Shown: piece after piece, positions 61,195 to 64,000 of the stretch
How positions within the stretch are numbered: position 1 is the first letter of the stretch
Layout of the letters: every line of letters starts with the position of its first letter
NCBI GenBank assembly: GCA_051294905.1
Contig: CM119372.1
Coordinates: 11,162,001-11,226,000 of the forward strand
Source: Botryllus schlosseri
Lineage: Eukaryota
Direction of reading: 5' to 3'
Length of the DNA: 64,000 nt
Translations under genes and position numbers: made by a program
Notes under the pieces: model-generated
What the model was told of the DNA's origin: nothing
Databases searched by the model: none
What the model saw: the letters and a program-made list of their open reading frames with translations, nothing else

Positions 61195-61981
61195 CTACCT
61201 ATCCGTCGTTACATTCGCAATACCGTCTCGCCTGGCGTTTAGGTCTTCTGGGGGTCTTGAATATATACCTTGTCCGCCGAATACAACTCCTTTCTTATAC
61301 TGTTCCCTCCCAAGCGCTGGTTTTGCAACACGATGCAGTACGCAGCCATTCCTTGTCACCTCTGTTGAGATGACACGTGGATTCCCGCCAACCCTTCTCT
61401 TATTCCACCGATACCCGAAGTACACTAACGCCAATAATATTTCGAAGGCAATGATGAATCCTGCAACTCCGACCAAGGCTGTGGTCGAGGCAGTGGTGTT
61501 TGCATCGTCCACACACCCGCACGATGTGCTTGTTCGCGAAGAAGGTGAGCAGTGACGATTGAATGGCGATTCTTTGACTTTGAGATTAAGCTTGAAGACC
61601 TTCTCTCCGCCAGCGGAACGAATTACACATTCGTATTTCCCGCTGTCCTTGAGTCCGATGTCTTCCATCAGCAGGTGCCCCATATTTTCTACTGGCATTT
61701 TTTGCACGGGGATAATTTTTCCTAACGATAATAATTCAAATGATTTTTCTCATTGTCATATCGTTATCCGTCTAGAATTTTTCATACTCACCATTTCGAT
61801 ACCATGTATATGTTACCAGCTGCTTGGAATCTCCAGAAGTGTTGTATCGACATGATTGTATGAAACTATTCCCAACTTGTTCTGTGCGATCCTCCTCTAC
61901 TAGTTTAAGTTTTCCTACTGGTGGTTGACAAATATCAGACTGTGTCGAAATTTTTTCTTTGATGTCCGAAAAGTTCTTACC
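61195..61981 (-). CDS. 3' exons of a single-pass membrane protein with an Ig domain, probably LRR-Ig type; upstream exons not found in this window
   Basis: Exons 61981-61792 and 61721-61195 splice in frame: GKNFSDI...CQPP (LRRCT-like end), C...TWYRNG...DSGKYEC (Ig domain), hydrophobic ALVGVAGFIIAFEILLALVYFGY followed by a basic stop-transfer segment. Confidence 0.75.
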
Positions 61982-62330
61982 CTGAGGTGAATGAATAAGA
62001 AACTTATCAAGTTCGCAATATGCATCTAGGCGTATGACTCTAAATTAGGGGTTTTCAAATTTTTTTGGGCCGTGGCCAATCTTACGGTTTGAAAATGTTC
62101 TGTGGCCCACATCCTATAGAAAACTGCTCAAAATAGGACGAGAATTCTAGACTTATAATTAGGGTTTGACATTGTAATAAAAGCTAAAATCGAGGCGTTA
62201 GGCATAAAAATTGTCAAAATTGTTTACAAAGTCGAAATTTTTTTGCAAACAGCATGTCGTTGCTGTCGCTGAGGTTGCAGTGTCGGTGGACTTATACTTT
62301 GTCATTAATCGGCGTTAAAATGTCTATACC

Positions 62331-64000
62331 ATAGTGCTTTTCAGCCTGTGTGACGGTTCGCACTTGTGCGAATGAAAAAAATTGCAGTGCGAATGGCGAA
62401 GGTGGTGCGACGGTGCGAATGAAAATCGTGAATGATTGTTAATTTTTGTGACGTGGAATAATTCAAATTAACCTTATGGGAAATTCAAGGGCAGTGTAAC
62501 TTTTGTGGTTGCGACCCAATTGTAAAATCTTAGGACACACCACTAATCGTAGCTCCCACAAGCCGTTGTGAATTATTATTTTCGCGCCATAATTATTACG
62601 TAACCAAAATCCTGGTTCGGAATCTGATGTAGTGCCAGACATACAGTATATCAGCCCGCCTGAGCCTGCGACAGGCCGGAAAAATTACGTCAAATTGACT
62701 TTCTGCTTTCTTTCGCTAAACAATCATCATATGTCCGTAATAACTGTTCACTTAGCGCGAGACACGAGGATAGTAGTGAATACCATCATTGCAGGCGCAC
62801 ATTTGCAAGTTACTGTAACGTAAATTTTTACCCCCTTCGTGTTAGTAAAGTATGGGCCGCAAAGGGTTATTATGTAAGTAATATTTGTTGAATTTATTGC
62901 TAAAAATCCTGCGATAGCTTTTACATATCCAAGGTCACTGTGTTGGGTAGGCCTACTGTAGCCAATAAGCGAGACACGCAGAAAATATCGCTTTATCATG
63001 CGAATCCATGATAAGACTTGTCCGACTGGTTTTTCTGAAAACATGTTCGAATACCGTTGGGATGAACTAGTGTAGGTCATAGGGGTGTGCAACGAGCGAG
63101 TTCAGGACTATGTGACTCATTTATTTCGGTTCTATACCAATACCGAGAAAACCATTACCGAGAATGGACATTACCGAGAATGCCATTACCGAGAATGGAC
63201 ATTACCGAGAATGGACATTACCGAGAATGGTCATTACCGAGAATGGACACCACCGAGAATGGACATTACCGAGAATGGCCAATGTCAAGAATATAGCTTA
63301 CTGGGACTTTACGTTGTCGAGAAATTTATACCTGAGCATCGATACCGAATGTGGCGACGCCGTGATGCACACACACGACCTGTGCATATGCATAACATGC
63401 CTGCATTGCATATATTGCATTCTCGGTGGTGTCCATTCTCGGTAATGTCCATTTTCGGTGGTGTGCAATCTCGGTAATGTCCATTCTCGGTGGTGTCCAT
63501 TCTCGGTAATGGTTTTCTCGGTATTGACCGGACACCTTTATTTCGAGGCCAACCCCTTCTGCGTCGGGGCACATGAAGACGTAAAGTTTTGGCCAACAAA
63601 CCGCTGGTAAAATGCGGTGTCAAAGTATATGCGGTGACAAACATTTGCCAAAAATGACCGATGCTGGATGGCCAAACCTTTCGATTTGGATATGATCCGT
63701 TGTCGGCACGGAATAGTCCCGTTCTTGCAATCTGATTAGACAGTTATACAACTGCGACACCTAGATGAATTTAATTCACCCTAATTTTAAATCGCGTGCG
63801 TCAGACATGTTTTGTAGAGTAGAATTGTGGCGTGCGCGTAAAATGCCGTAAAATCGTATCATACTGCTGTAATATTAAAAATGAATTCCTTTTCATATGT
63901 GAGGCTCTGGTCATGACTCATGAGTTGCCACAAAACTCAAATTTTGGTGAGTTTAAAAAGCTGCTTTACCGTATTGAAACTGTCATGAATTCTCAAGTTA
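62331..64000. mobile_element. Second copy of family E, running off the window edge
   Basis: Reverse-complement homology to 9620-11327; end AGTGCTTTTCAGCCTGTGTG. Confidence 0.75.
63128..63536. mobile_element. Foldback MITE with inverted arrays of a 15-bp unit (MULE-like)
   Basis: GG...CC termini; CATTACCGAGAATGG-type arrays in opposite orientation at each end; perfect 8-bp TSD TTTATTTC; empty site visible near 10080. Confidence 0.8.

Noticed and set aside
63085..63644. Repetitive ORFs (ITENGHYREWTLPRMD)
   Set aside because: Translations of the 15-bp MITE array, open in several frames on both strands.

Overview
AT-rich eukaryotic DNA. It is most likely an invertebrate chordate such as an ascidian; this is inferred from chordate-like proteins, ~60-nt minimal introns and operon-like packing. 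Six complete housekeeping genes can be read: ENDOG (-, single exon), an ethanolamine kinase (+, 9 exons), METTL15 (-, 7 exons, one GC-AG intron), EIF2B4 and CCDC33 (-, single exon each) and NARS1 (+, 13 exons). The last two exons of an Ig-domain transmembrane gene lie at the right edge. Most of the rest is nested non-autonomous hAT elements with 8-bp target-site duplications (TSDs), plus CR1/L2-type LINE 3' ends, a tRNA-derived SINE, a pogo-like MITE and a MULE-like foldback MITE. The most unusual structure is a 7.8-kb foldback element (17633-25445). It derives from an intron-containing P-superfamily transposase gene whose 3' half is duplicated in inverted orientation, giving ~1.5-kb arms. It ends 153 bp upstream of the kinase ATG, and two P-type excision footprints with 7-bp TSDs occur in the window. 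CCDC33-EIF2B4-METTL15 is a candidate trans-spliced operon. All calls were made by eye and from recalled family motifs; no searches were run.
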